In this document: positions 10,055-20,685 of the stretch, one piece after another
Layout of the letters: each line of letters opens with the position of its first letter
Position numbering within the stretch: the stretch's first letter is position 1
Source: Endomicrobiales bacterium
GTDB lineage: Bacteria > Elusimicrobiota > Endomicrobiia > Endomicrobiales > CAWCFT01
Assembly (NCBI GenBank): GCA_963794945.1
Contig: CAWCFT010000019.1
Coordinates: 2,052-66,051 of the forward strand
Direction: 5' to 3'
DNA length: 64,000 bases
Position numbers and translations under genes: made by a program
The notes under the pieces: generated by a model
Told to the model about the DNA's origin: nothing
Seen by the model: the letters and a program-made list of their open reading frames with translations, nothing else
Databases searched by the model: none

Positions 10055-10557
10055 CCCTCCAGCTTTCTTTTCTTTTTTATCTCGCGTTTAAGCTTTTGCT
10101 TTACCAGCCAGCTGAGGTTGTCAATAAAAAGTTTCCCGTCCAGGTGGTCCAGCTCGTGCTGAAGCGCTTTGCTCAATATCCCCCGACCGGAAACGCTTAC
10201 GGGGAAGCCCCTGTGGTCTACCGCTTCAACCGTCACTTCACTGCAGCGCCTGACCTTGGCAACTATCCCGGGCAGAGAAAGGCAGCCCTCTTCGTCAATT
10301 ACTTTGCCTGTTTTAGAAACTATCTTGGGGTTTATTAAAACGATGGGCTCCCTCTTGCCTTCCGGCCTTATATCAATAACGCAAACCCTCGCAGGAACCC
10401 CAACCTGTGAAGTCGCCAGCCCAACACCGGGGGCGGCGTACATCGTCTCGAGCATGTCCTGTACCAGCTGTTTTATGCCATCGCTGATCTCATCGACAGG
10501 CTTGCATTTCTTTTTGAGTATGGGGTCGCCGATCTTCCTTATCTTAAGTATGCTCAT
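10048..10557 (-). CDS. def: Peptide deformylase
   Basis: GVGLA, EGCLS, QHELDHLDG. Confidence 0.97.
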   Translation of the reverse strand: MSILKIRKIGDPILKKKCKPVDEISDGIKQLVQDMLETMYAAPGVGLATSQVGVPARVCVIDIRPEGKREPIVLINPKIVSKTGKVIDEEGCLSLPGIVAKVRRCSEVTVEAVDHRGFPVSVSGRGILSKALQHELDHLDGKLFIDNLSWLVKQKLKREIKKKRKLEGW

Positions 10558-10637
10558 ATATCATCCTCTACTAAAATCTATGCTTATACGTAATTTTAGC
10601 AAATTTTGGGGCTTAGTTAAAGTTCAAGATAATGCTG

Positions 10638-12815
10638 TCATTGAGTGGTATGCTGTTTATCAGGCAGGCTGTTGATGATCCGGAGCGTATCTTTTCTATC
10701 CGACGCATCAGACGTATTGTTTAAGTATATCTGGAAATACTTCCTGCTCTCAGCGTAATTGCCTAAAGCCTTCTCGCTTAGGCCCATATTATAATAGGCA
10801 AGCAGGTAACCCGGATAAACATTTATGATAGCCCTGAACATTTCTCCGGCCAGCGCCGCATTGCCGCTTTCCAGGGCAATAAGGCCAAGCTCGTTGCCGG
10901 CATCCGGGTAAGAGTATTTATCCCACGCTCTCCTGATGTATCTGGCAGCGTCCTCATTTCTTTTCATCGCTCTGTAAGTGATGCCGATGTTATAAAGCGC
11001 CGAGGCGCTTTCTCCATTTGTTTTCAGCAGCATAAGGAACCATTTTTCCGCGTTATCATAATTCTTAATAGAAAACTCAAGGGAACCCATGTTGTTAAAA
11101 GTGGCCTCCAGATCCGGATCAATGGCGAGCGCAGCCATGTATTGCTGCCTTGCGTCATCATATTTCTGTAATCTTACCATGGAAAGGCCTATGTTGTTTT
11201 CCGCAGAACTATAATAGGAAATGACCTGGTTAGTGAAAAAATCGTAACTATCATTTTTTAGGCACGGGTTATGAAAAGAGTACATCTCAAATGGAACTGC
11301 CGATGGCGTGAATTCGTTCTTCGCGGACAACCTGTAGAGCAGCCCGACAGGATAAGATAAGTAGCCTGCGGGAAATTTTCCCGGAAGTTCCGCGAGGACC
11401 GGCCACCTGGAACGGTTAAAATCAAGCAGTTCCCTTGCAAGCTCCTGGCCTGAAGGTATATCCCTGGCTGGAAGGATCTCCGGCCGCCGCTCCTTTAAAA
11501 GTTCGTAGCCCCAGCGCGTCCTGAAATATGCGGCGAGCTTTATATCCGGCCTCTTTGACATTGCATCCTGCATGTACGTAGTTATAAAAGCCGTGGGGTC
11601 GTCCGGGTCATATATTATTGAGCCTGGCGGGGTGGTCTTTAAAATATTTTTTCCATAGTCATAAGCGTAAAAATGTTCCCTGTAGCTGCATAAAGGCAGC
11701 TTGAATAAGAAAAAAACAATAACCAGCACTAAGAGCGCTACCTTTGCCGTAGCGCCATAGTCCAACAGCTTATTAACACCGGCCGCCATGAAGAAAGCGA
11801 ATAATATATCCGGCATTAGGAGATGAGGCTCCAGTATAGGCAGAGTTGTTTTTTCCGAAGGCGAGAGGTTTGAAAGGATAATGAAAAGGGGGCCTGAGAT
11901 AACCAGCGAGATAAAAAGCATTTGATAAAATTTGTCTTTTCTTTTCAGGAACATACCCCACGCGCCGATAAGCGTGGCCGGCATCGTAAATTGGTCGGCA
12001 AGAGACTTAAGGAATACAAGTAGATGCCCTATAATTATAGCCGTAGTCCATGAGAACTTGCTCTGCTCAGGATGCAGCTTCAATCCTCCATAATCAGACC
12101 TTGTTATGACCCTGAGGAAATTTGTTAAATTTTCCGGTTTTCCCCAGTCCGAAAGCGGGTGCGTTGAAGCTCTTATAAGAATAAAAAGATCTATTGACGC
12201 TCCCGCGGCAAAGAACAACAGTGCATATAAATAATCTTTTGGCTCAAGATCGCCGGAGCGGTAGACTAGCCAGAATATGCCGGGCAACATGAAAACTATT
12301 GTCGGATGGTTTGCAAAAGCAAGACCGCTTAAAAAACTCAAAAAAAATGCGGAACTTGCTTTTGATGGTTTCGGAAGACCGTCTTTACTGTAGAATTTTA
12401 AGACCGCAAAATATATCAGTAGTGAAGCGAAAAAAGCGTTTAAAGAATACATCTCCGAGACCTGAGCGAGCCTCCAGTATGACTGTGAAAACGCCAGGAA
12501 CAGAACCGAGGCACAGGCGAATGACGAACCCGAGATCTCAAATATTGCCAGCGACAAAAAATACACACCCAATGCCGCGAAAAACGCCGACATCACGTTC
12601 ATCACGTATCCGCTGTTGGCGAATTTGAACAATGTTATGAATATTTTTCCTGTGAGGACATACAGCGGGTAGCCAGGAGGATGCGCTATGCCGAGAGTAG
12701 AGGCTGCCACTATCAGGTCGCCCGAATCACGGTATGGCGATACGGTGGGATGGAGTGTATACAGATAAACGTAGAACGGAATGAGAAAAAATATACCGAG
12801 CCATATCTTCTTCAC
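10638..12815 (-). CDS. DUF2723/TMEM260-like GT-C membrane protein with C-terminal TPRs
   Basis: DSGDL...LGIAHPPGYPLY, SEMYSL, NHPT motifs; many TM helices; TPR-like repeats. Confidence 0.8.
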   Translation of the reverse strand: MKKIWLGIFFLIPFYVYLYTLHPTVSPYRDSGDLIVAASTLGIAHPPGYPLYVLTGKIFITLFKFANSGYVMNVMSAFFAALGVYFLSLAIFEISGSSFACASVLFLAFSQSYWRLAQVSEMYSLNAFFASLLIYFAVLKFYSKDGLPKPSKASSAFFLSFLSGLAFANHPTIVFMLPGIFWLVYRSGDLEPKDYLYALLFFAAGASIDLFILIRASTHPLSDWGKPENLTNFLRVITRSDYGGLKLHPEQSKFSWTTAIIIGHLLVFLKSLADQFTMPATLIGAWGMFLKRKDKFYQMLFISLVISGPLFIILSNLSPSEKTTLPILEPHLLMPDILFAFFMAAGVNKLLDYGATAKVALLVLVIVFFLFKLPLCSYREHFYAYDYGKNILKTTPPGSIIYDPDDPTAFITTYMQDAMSKRPDIKLAAYFRTRWGYELLKERRPEILPARDIPSGQELARELLDFNRSRWPVLAELPGKFPAGYLSYPVGLLYRLSAKNEFTPSAVPFEMYSFHNPCLKNDSYDFFTNQVISYYSSAENNIGLSMVRLQKYDDARQQYMAALAIDPDLEATFNNMGSLEFSIKNYDNAEKWFLMLLKTNGESASALYNIGITYRAMKRNEDAARYIRRAWDKYSYPDAGNELGLIALESGNAALAGEMFRAIINVYPGYLLAYYNMGLSEKALGNYAESRKYFQIYLNNTSDASDRKDTLRIINSLPDKQHTTQ

Positions 12816-12852
12816 TTAATGCTGATCTCCCGCCTTTAAATGAACCCATACA

Positions 12853-14208
12853 TCACTTTTTAAGAGTATATTCCAGCCTTTTGATCTCATTTTCGATCCT
12901 TTGTTTGTCGAGGTGGTAAGGGTCAAGCCTAAGTGTTTCCTTGAACTGAAAAAGAGCTTTCTCGTAATCGTAGACGCTGTTTTCGTATATGATACCCAGC
13001 TCATAATGAGGCGCCGGGTTCTCCGGGTCAAGCACTACCGCTTTATTGAGCTCCTCTATCGCGCGGGCGGTCATCTGAGCGGCGGCGTACTGTTTGCCGG
13101 TCGTCACAAGATTCTCGGTGCGTATCTTCTTATCCCTGTCCGACATATGCGCGTTTTTGTAGAAAAAGAAAAAACCGACAAAGAAAACCAGGAACACGGC
13201 GACAAGCGCCGAGTATGCTGTTCTTGGGAACCTTGTCAGCATGTTGCTTTCCGGCTTAACTGTTTGTTCCCTGTTGGCTTTGTATTCCTCGGGAAGCACG
13301 GCCCACAATCCTGACGCTATCAAAAACGGCAGGACTGGCAGCCACAACCTAGGCTCGCTCATTATCGTCATCGTAAAGTGAATGATTATAAAGAACGGCA
13401 CGAAGAGCACCGCCCTGCGGATGAACCTGGGTTTTTCTTTGAACTTCCATAACGAAAAGGGTATTAGCGGCCCGAATATGGCAAGGGCAAATGTGTAAAC
13501 CCTTGGGTCGCTTATGTTAGACCCGAGGAAATACATATCTGAGTAGTAATGCTTCATGGAAAATACTTTGCGAAGCGCCGCGTAGGTGAGCATTCCTGTA
13601 ATAAATATCAGCCCTGATTTAAGGGCAAGCGCGGGAATCTTAAGCTCGTCATAGCGGACTAACAGGTATATTAGCGCCAGCAGTATAGCGGTCTCACGAT
13701 TGAGCATAGCCACAAATATAAGCGGTATAAGCCAAATATCTTTTTTCTTTAGGATCAGTATGCATCCTGCGAGCATAAAAAACAGGTTAGGCAGATCCAT
13801 CGGCTGCATATAGTAACCGTAGTACACGAGCGGCAATACCGCGAAGAGGTAAAGCGTGCCCAGCATGCATACGGCCGGCACGAACCAGTAAGAGAGGAAG
13901 ACGTGCAGAGAAGCTGCTGCGAGGAACGTGAACAGTATGCGAAGGTATAGGTAGGATTGCCTGAACGGCACCCCCAGCCTCATCAGCCCTTCGGCTGCGT
14001 AGTACTGCATTATCCTGTATTGTATCGGCGCCGGGGCCTTGTTCGTCATAACCTGCTCGTGCAGGCCTCTGGTAATAGGTTCAACTCTCATGTCTATCAG
14101 CCAGTCATGACCGATAGACGTCGCCACGGCCAGGGTGAAATACGCGATGAACGCCATGCGAGTGAACAATTTTGAAGTGGATTTATCGTTCATGGAAGTA
14201 TTATACAA
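12853..14208 (-). CDS. Polytopic membrane protein (GT-C-like) with C-terminal TPR
   Basis: About 11 hydrophobic helices; QYR, NRET, EPRLW motifs; TPR (LDPENPAPHYELG). Confidence 0.6.
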   Translation of the reverse strand: MYNTSMNDKSTSKLFTRMAFIAYFTLAVATSIGHDWLIDMRVEPITRGLHEQVMTNKAPAPIQYRIMQYYAAEGLMRLGVPFRQSYLYLRILFTFLAAASLHVFLSYWFVPAVCMLGTLYLFAVLPLVYYGYYMQPMDLPNLFFMLAGCILILKKKDIWLIPLIFVAMLNRETAILLALIYLLVRYDELKIPALALKSGLIFITGMLTYAALRKVFSMKHYYSDMYFLGSNISDPRVYTFALAIFGPLIPFSLWKFKEKPRFIRRAVLFVPFFIIIHFTMTIMSEPRLWLPVLPFLIASGLWAVLPEEYKANREQTVKPESNMLTRFPRTAYSALVAVFLVFFVGFFFFYKNAHMSDRDKKIRTENLVTTGKQYAAAQMTARAIEELNKAVVLDPENPAPHYELGIIYENSVYDYEKALFQFKETLRLDPYHLDKQRIENEIKRLEYTLKK

Positions 14209-14220
14209 AACTAAAGGGCT

Positions 14221-16230
14221 CTATAAAAGGCTTTGCGGGTCAATATCTATTGACAATATTACACCAGCGGGAAGGCCCGCGTCCTTAAGCATCCTAGCGG
14301 CCGCAGAAATGTCACCAGCGGGTCCTTTTAATATTATCTGCCACCTGAAATAACCGTGCAGCTTGTTCCGAGACGCCGGGCTTGGACCCAGCATTTCAAA
14401 GGCGGCTTCGCCGCTTTCTTTGTAAGCATGAATAAGCGCTCCGGCTGTTTCCGCGGCCTCTTTTGCTTTTTCCTCTTTTTTCGCGCGCACCATTATGTTG
14501 ACTATTTCCGAGAACGGCGGATAGTGCAGCTCTTTGCGGAACTCTATCTCTTGCTTATAGAACGTTCTAAAATCATGCAGTTCGCTGGCCTTTAGCACGT
14601 AATGCTCCTGGTGCTGTGTTTGTATCACTACCTCGCCGCCCAGGCTGCTGCGACCCGACCGGCCCGCCACCTGCGCGAGTATCTGGAAAGTCCTCTCCGA
14701 TGCGCGGAAATCCGGCAAGTAAAGTGCAGTATCAGCGTCAACGACAACGACTAACGTTACCCTCGGGAAATCAAAACCTTTCGCCACCATCTGCGTGCCG
14801 AGCAGTATATCGAAATTCTCATCTTTGAAATCCCTATACGCGGTTTCATAAACACCCGCTTTTCTTGTTGTGTCCTTATCAAGCCGAAGTATCTTTCCCT
14901 GCGGAAATATTTTTTTAAGTTCTTCCTCGACTTTCTGCGTGCCGATGCCGAAGGCCGATACTTCCCTCGACTTGCAGCTCGGGCACACGCCAGGCCATGC
15001 CTGATGATAATCGCAGTAGTGACACCTTAAACCTTCGGGCAACCTGTGGTAAACCAGCGAGACCGAGCAGTGCGGGCATTGGAATACTTTCCCGCAGTGC
15101 CTGCACATAACACCCGGCGAAAATCCTCGCCTGTTAAGGAACACTATGGCCTGCTCGCGCCGAGCCAGCACCTTGCGCAGGGCTTCAACGGCCGGCTCGG
15201 AAAGTATATTTGACCTTCTGTGAAGCTTCGTTGAGTCCACTAGCCTTACTTTAGGAAGCGGCCTGTCGGCTATCCTGCGCGGCAACTCCAAAAGTTTTAT
15301 AACGCCGTTCTGGGCTTTGTGGAACATCTCCAAGGACGGGGTCGCAGACCCGAATATCGTTATGGCACTATTGAGCCTCGCGCGTTCAATGGCTACTTCC
15401 CTTGTATGGTATGCGGGTTTTTGTTCTTGTTTGTAGCTTGGCTCATGCTCTTCATCTATGATTATAAGGCCCAGGTTCTTAAAAGGGGCGAACACCGCAG
15501 AGCGTGCCCCAAGGATTATCTTAATTTCTCCTTTTCTCGCCTTATCCCAGATAGAGAATTTCTCGCTTGTTGTCACTTTAGAATGCCACAAGCCTACCAC
15601 GCCAGGAAAACGGTTTTTTACGATGGATATGAACTGCGGGGTAAGCGATATTTCCGGCAGAAGGAATACAGCTGTTCGGCCGGCACTCAGCGTTTCTTCA
15701 ATAGCCGAAAGATAAACCTCGGTTTTGCCCGAACCGGTTATACCATAGAGCAGGAATGTGTCGTTCTTTATTGATGTTATGCTTTCTTTGATGTTCGATA
15801 TAGCTTCTTTTTGCGCGTCCGTGTGTTCGAATACTGGTCGCCCCGCTAGACGCACCGGGCTTGGTATAGGTTTGGGAACTGACGGATTTAAAAATCTTTT
15901 TGGCGCTTTTATCGCTGCGGGAACGGCCGAACCAAGCGCCTCACCGAACGAACACATGTATTTCGCGCTTATCCACCTGGCAAGCGTCATTAGTTCTTCG
16001 GTTACAGAAGGCTCTTCATCGAGCAGAGCTATTATGTCCCTGGTTTTCTCGATTGCGCATTCGGGCATAAGGCTTAATATGTAGCCGGTGAGCCGTTTCG
16101 GTCCGAACGGGACTTCTACTCTCATGCCGACTTTGGCTTTGGCCAGAAGGCTTGGCGGTATCCTGTAATGAAATGTTTTTTCAATAGGCAGGCTCAGAAC
16201 GATTTCCGCGAAGAGGTTTTGGGATGTCAT
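14221..16230 (-). CDS. priA: Primosomal protein N' (PriA)
   Basis: Starts MTSQNLFAEIVL; GITGSGKT, DEEH, Cys-rich CxxC pairs, QVAGRSGR. Confidence 0.93.
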   Translation of the reverse strand: MTSQNLFAEIVLSLPIEKTFHYRIPPSLLAKAKVGMRVEVPFGPKRLTGYILSLMPECAIEKTRDIIALLDEEPSVTEELMTLARWISAKYMCSFGEALGSAVPAAIKAPKRFLNPSVPKPIPSPVRLAGRPVFEHTDAQKEAISNIKESITSIKNDTFLLYGITGSGKTEVYLSAIEETLSAGRTAVFLLPEISLTPQFISIVKNRFPGVVGLWHSKVTTSEKFSIWDKARKGEIKIILGARSAVFAPFKNLGLIIIDEEHEPSYKQEQKPAYHTREVAIERARLNSAITIFGSATPSLEMFHKAQNGVIKLLELPRRIADRPLPKVRLVDSTKLHRRSNILSEPAVEALRKVLARREQAIVFLNRRGFSPGVMCRHCGKVFQCPHCSVSLVYHRLPEGLRCHYCDYHQAWPGVCPSCKSREVSAFGIGTQKVEEELKKIFPQGKILRLDKDTTRKAGVYETAYRDFKDENFDILLGTQMVAKGFDFPRVTLVVVVDADTALYLPDFRASERTFQILAQVAGRSGRSSLGGEVVIQTQHQEHYVLKASELHDFRTFYKQEIEFRKELHYPPFSEIVNIMVRAKKEEKAKEAAETAGALIHAYKESGEAAFEMLGPSPASRNKLHGYFRWQIILKGPAGDISAAARMLKDAGLPAGVILSIDIDPQSLL

Positions 16231-16244
16231 AGTAACACTATATT

Positions 16245-16980
16245 TTAATTCGAGTGGTTTAATTTCAGGGCGTCTCTTATCAGCTTCATGTCTTCCCAGA
16301 ACATCTTTTTTCAGGTTAGGGTTACGCAGGAGGGCTGCCGGGTGATAAGTGGGCATAAGTTTTATGCCTTTATATTCAACAAAAACTCCTCTGAGCTTGC
16401 TGATCCCTATTTCAGTCTCGAGCATTCTCTGAGCACTTGAATTTCCCAGTGTGCAGATAACTTTTGGTTTTATCAACTCAATTTGTTTTTTAAGGTACGG
16501 CAGGCAGCAGTTGGATTCTTCTGGCGTCGGCGGCCTGTCATTTCCGCGTTTTTCCGGATCGGAAGGATCTATCATGGGATGGCATTTGACTATATTTGCG
16601 ATGTAAACTTGTTCTCTGCTAAGTCCTATCGATTCGATAATCTTTGTCAGCAACTGGCCGGCCCTGCCTATGAAAGGCTCACCCTTGTGGTCTTCATCAA
16701 AACCCGGCCCTTCACCAACGAACATGAGCCCTGCCTTAGGGTCACCCGTACCGAATACCGCATTGAGCCTGCTTTTGCCCAGCCCGCATTTCCTGCATTT
16801 ATCCACTATGCCTTTCAAGCTTTCAAGCGTGACGTTATCTTTTATCTCAGTGTGCAGAGTTGGTGCTTTTACTATGTTTGCTTTTTTCACAGGCACCGTC
16901 TCCGTTTCGCCCCACAAAAACTCTTCAGCGATGCAGTTTTTTGCGAGGGTTATTGTTTTCCCAAGTGTCGAGCGCTTCAT
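16245..16980 (-). CDS. Family 4 uracil-DNA glycosylase (4Fe-4S); frameshift near 16300 creates an apparent fusion to PriA
   Basis: CRKC, GEGPG, NIVKC, TYHPAALL. Removing one T gives the C-terminus KKDVWEDMKLIRDALKLNHSN*. Confidence 0.88.
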
Positions 16981-17582
16981 CGATAATTCTCTTTGCTATC
17001 TTATTTTTTTCTTCTTCAGGGATAGAAACAATATTGCTGTCCTTATCTATCATCCATACGGCCGCTTTATTGTTGCCTATAACCTCGGGGTAATTCGCTA
17101 TTATTACGTCAAACTTCTTTTTTTCCAGCTTCTCCTTGGCGTGCTTGAACAGGTCATGAGTTTCAAGAGCAAACCCCACGATCACTTTATTCTTTTTATT
17201 CATTCCCGAATAATTCATTATATCCGGGTTTTTGATAAGTTTCAAATTAAAAGGCTGGGAATTCTTTTTTATCTTTTCTGTTTTAGTTTCCAACGGCCTG
17301 TAGTCGGATACGGCGGCACGCGCCTATTATTACATCTGAAGCGGAAAAAAATTCTTTGAACCTGTCGAACATTTCACGCGCCGAGATGACCTTCACTGTC
17401 TTTACACCGTGCGGTGGTTTGATATCAACGGGGCCCGAAATAAGCACTACCTTGTGGCCTTTTTTCCTGGCCGCGTTCGCAAGTGCGTACCCCATCTTTC
17501 CGGATGACGCGTTGGAAATATACCTTACCGGGTCTATGTATTCCCTAGTGGGCCCTGCAGTGATTAGGAATTTTAATTTCAT
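16925..17582 (-). CDS. coaB: Phosphopantothenate-cysteine ligase; frameshift near 17318
   Basis: [25 protein letters not shown]; restored AAAVSDYRP; [11 protein letters not shown]. Confidence 0.9.
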
Positions 17583-17584
17583 TT

Positions 17585-18394
17585 TTACCGCTGCCGCTTA
17601 TTGTCCGATTCTATTATTTTATCGAGTTCCTCATAAAGTATCCTCATCGTGAACGGTTTAATGAGGTATTCATTTGCGCCAAGCCGCATTACTTTTTCCT
17701 TGTCTTCGATGCTCCTGGCCGTTATGACTATGATCGGTATCGGGGCCGTTCCCGGGTCATCTTTTAGCGCCTTCATCACGCTAAAACCGTCTACAAATGG
17801 AAGGTTAAGGTCCAGCAATATCAGATTCGGCTTTTCTTTTTTCGCCGCGAGTATACCCTGTATGCCGTCTTTAGCGCTGCAAACAATATAGCCCCTTTCA
17901 GTTAGCGCGGATGTAAGCATGGAAACCATATCAGGGTCATCATCAACAATGAGAACTTTTTTTCCGGAGGCCCCGGAATTTGCAAGTTTTTCGGCCCGTA
18001 TGATAGCATCTTTGAGTGATTCTGAACTGAACGGTTTCGTTATGTAATCGGCAATACCCAGCCTTAGACATTTGTCTTTTTCGAATACAGCAGAAACTAT
18101 TATTATAGGTATATGTTTTGTTTCCTGGTGCTGTTTTAAGAGCCTTGTTACGAAATACCCGTCCATCTTGGGCATCAGAAGGTCAAGTGTAATTAGGTCC
18201 GGCTTAAGAATGATAGCTTTCTTTAAACCCTCTAAACCTGAATCGGCTACGAATACTTCGTAACCTTGTTGCCGCAGGTATTCTACTATAATAAGTGAGA
18301 CATCTTTATCGTCTTCTATTACGAGTATTTTCTTAATTTTGTGTCCCGAGTTGATAACTTCTTGCTGGCCGATATCGGATTTCTCTTCTGCCAT
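17585..18394 (-). CDS. Response regulator with two tandem receiver domains and no output domain
   Basis: IEDD/LDLLMP/ITKPF and VDDD/LDLNLP/LIKPF. Confidence 0.88.
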   Translation of the reverse strand: MAEEKSDIGQQEVINSGHKIKKILVIEDDKDVSLIIVEYLRQQGYEVFVADSGLEGLKKAIILKPDLITLDLLMPKMDGYFVTRLLKQHQETKHIPIIIVSAVFEKDKCLRLGIADYITKPFSSESLKDAIIRAEKLANSGASGKKVLIVDDDPDMVSMLTSALTERGYIVCSAKDGIQGILAAKKEKPNLILLDLNLPFVDGFSVMKALKDDPGTAPIPIIVITARSIEDKEKVMRLGANEYLIKPFTMRILYEELDKIIESDNKRQR

Positions 18395-18433
18395 TAATTT
18401 TCCATAATATCATACTAAAAACGACAGAAGCAA

Positions 18434-19015
18434 TTATATATTGATAATTGACTCCACCTTTTTCAGTATTTTACTTAAATCTGCCAGTTTTCCAATACCT
18501 GTGTCCCCGCAAGCAAGCATGCCCTCTTGCGGTTCGACAAAAATATATCCGTATCTTTTGAGGCGCTTAACGTTATCCTGGGTGGCAGGATGAAGCCACA
18601 TTTTGTCGTTCATTGCCGGGCATATTAGGACCGGCGACCGCGAGGCAAGTATGACACTCGATAGCAGGTCTTCGGCGCGGCCGCAGGCAAAACGGGCAAT
18701 AGCGTCAGCGGTAGCAGGAACAACAACTATAACATCGGCTTTCTTTGCGAGGGAAATATGTTCAATGTCCCATACTGAGTCATCGAACATGTCACGATAA
18801 ACCCTGTTCTCTGAAAGGGTCTGGAGGGTAAGTGCTGTAACGAAGCGTTCTCCGTTCTCCGTGAGAATGCACTCCACGGACGCCTCCATTTTACGTAGAG
18901 CTCTTACAAACTCAGGCACCTTGTACGCGGCTATGCCGCCGCATACTCCGAGCAATATGTTCTTGCCTTTTAACTCTGCCCGGCCGGTGCTTTTATTTCT
19001 TTTTTGGTTTTGCAT
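18434..19015 (-). CDS. coaC: Phosphopantothenoylcysteine decarboxylase
   Basis: GGIAAYK, HISLA, PATA, PAMN, LACGDTGIG. Confidence 0.92.
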   Translation of the reverse strand: MQNQKRNKSTGRAELKGKNILLGVCGGIAAYKVPEFVRALRKMEASVECILTENGERFVTALTLQTLSENRVYRDMFDDSVWDIEHISLAKKADVIVVVPATADAIARFACGRAEDLLSSVILASRSPVLICPAMNDKMWLHPATQDNVKRLKRYGYIFVEPQEGMLACGDTGIGKLADLSKILKKVESIINI

Positions 19016-19328
19016 TTTTCTTCGGAGCCTCTTCTTCGACTACTTCTTTTTTTTCAACTTTTTCTTCGGGAGCCGCGGCATGCACCACTTTGGTTTTTGC
19101 TTTCTTAATATCTTCATAGGTTATGCCGCCGGTCATTACATCGTCCAGCGCTTTTTTCACAAGCTCTGACGGGCTCATGCCTTTCGCGTCGTCTGTTTTC
19201 TGCAGGATATTTAGCCACGCCCAAGTAAGAGCCACCACATCATACCGCCCATTCGGCAGGTCAAGCAGGAACTTGCGTTCCAATTCTTTTAATTCAGTCA
19301 TCACCTTACTCCTTATTATCGCCTTCAT
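18993..19328 (-). CDS. rpoZ: Divergent RNA polymerase omega subunit-like protein
   Basis: Lies between gmk and coaC; GRYDVV...KKALDDVMTGGI resembles the omega RY.LV/AL.EI..G.I pattern. Confidence 0.55.
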   Translation of the reverse strand: MKAIIRSKVMTELKELERKFLLDLPNGRYDVVALTWAWLNILQKTDDAKGMSPSELVKKALDDVMTGGITYEDIKKAKTKVVHAAAPEEKVEKKEVVEEEAPKKNAKPKKK

Positions 19329-19372
19329 TCCCGCTCTCGCGGCATTTAAGCGTATTATGTTTCACAATATAT

Positions 19373-19984
19373 TTAAAATCTCGGAATATTGTTGCGGGTT
19401 ATCCTTTTATGCTCGGCTTCTATAACCGATTCAACTTCATTCTCGGCCTTCCAGAGCTCCTTGTTTATTATAAGGTACTCGTAACGCGGCAGGCTCTTCA
19501 GCTCCCTGCGGGCGTTGTACAAGCGTTTTTCTATGACTTTCTCGTTATCCTTGTTCCTGACCCTGAGCCTGTGCTCAAGCTCTTTCATTGACGGCGCCAT
19601 TATAAATATCAGGACCGATTCCTTGTAAGCCCTCTTGATCTTAAGGCCCCCCTGGACATCTATGTCCATTATAACGTCATGACCGCTGTTTAATACTGCG
19701 TTAAGTGCTTTTTTGGGCGTGCCGTAATAGTACCCGTGCACGAACGCCCACTCCGCGAAACCGCCGGCCTTCACCGTTTTTTTGAACTCTTCCTCTTTTA
19801 GGAAATAGTAATCGATACCTTTCCTTTCACCAAGACGCCTGGGGCGCGTGGTGCAGGAAACGGAGTATTTAAGATTCTTTCTCTTTTGAGACAGATGCCG
19901 GCAGATAGTGGTCTTGCCGGCGCCGGACGGCGCCGAGATAACGAATATCAGGCCTTTTTCTTTCATATTATCTAACCGGTCCAA
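19373..19984 (-). CDS. gmk: Guanylate kinase
   Basis: SAPSGAGKTT, TTRPRR, YYGTP, DIDVQG. Confidence 0.96.
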   Translation of the reverse strand: MDRLDNMKEKGLIFVISAPSGAGKTTICRHLSQKRKNLKYSVSCTTRPRRLGERKGIDYYFLKEEEFKKTVKAGGFAEWAFVHGYYYGTPKKALNAVLNSGHDVIMDIDVQGGLKIKRAYKESVLIFIMAPSMKELEHRLRVRNKDNEKVIEKRLYNARRELKSLPRYEYLIINKELWKAENEVESVIEAEHKRITRNNIPRF

Positions 19985-20042
19985 ATTGGGATTGGAATCT
20001 TATACTATAAAATAATGGAACTATTTGCAAATTCATAACGGC

Positions 20043-20651
20043 TTAATGCTTTGCCAATGCTATAAGCGACAACCCTATAGCCGCAACCGCCAGCCACGGG
20101 GAATGAAGTATTTTGTCTGCATCGTCCCGCCAATCCCCTGTTGCCTGCGCACGCTGATCAAGCTTCGCCTTAATATCAGAGATTTCCGCTTTCACCTGTG
20201 TAAGTTCAGAACTAATATGTTCAGATTCGGCGGATAGGTTATCAATTTTTGACGTGTCCGGCACGGGAATGGCCGATATTCGGTCGTTTAGCAGCTTCTG
20301 ATGGTCCCTGTCGGCTATTTTCAGGTTTTCTATATCGGCGTTTAGCCTGCTGTACCCGGATTTCAGGTATTCTATTTTGTAGTCAAGGTCTGCAATAGCG
20401 TTTAAAAGTTGTTTATCGTCCGCCGGCTCTGCTGCTGCAGCACCTTGCCCTGTGCCTTCAGCAGGCTGAACAGCGGTCGTCGCTGGCGTAATCGTTTCCG
20501 CGGGTACTATGGCGGACGGTGTTGAAGGCTGAACCTCATCCGCGGTATTTCCCTGTGAGTAAGAGAAAGAAGACGAAAACGCTGAAATCGAGAAAGTCAG
20601 AATAATCAAACAGCAAATTTTTTCTTGCAACGTTTTTCGGCTGATATTCAT
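20043..20651 (-). CDS. Exported coiled-coil protein with C-terminal hydrophobic anchor
   Basis: Signal-peptide-like N-terminus, Pro/Ala/Thr linker, heptad region, WLAVAAIGLSLIALAKH end. Confidence 0.55.
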   Translation of the reverse strand: MNISRKTLQEKICCLIILTFSISAFSSSFSYSQGNTADEVQPSTPSAIVPAETITPATTAVQPAEGTGQGAAAAEPADDKQLLNAIADLDYKIEYLKSGYSRLNADIENLKIADRDHQKLLNDRISAIPVPDTSKIDNLSAESEHISSELTQVKAEISDIKAKLDQRAQATGDWRDDADKILHSPWLAVAAIGLSLIALAKH

Positions 20652-20685
20652 CTTTATTTCCTTATAATAGATTTACGTACCGCTG

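Noticed and set aside
12816-13031. Short minus-strand alternative-frame ORFs (e.g. 12816-13031, 21684-22094)
   Set aside because: They overlap longer supported genes in another frame and have no motif support.
14221-16980. Apparent 919-aa UDG-PriA fusion
   Set aside because: One extra T near 16300 hides the normal UDG ending (VWEDMKLI...*, stop at 16245-16247), and PriA has its own ATG at 16230; most likely an indel artefact.
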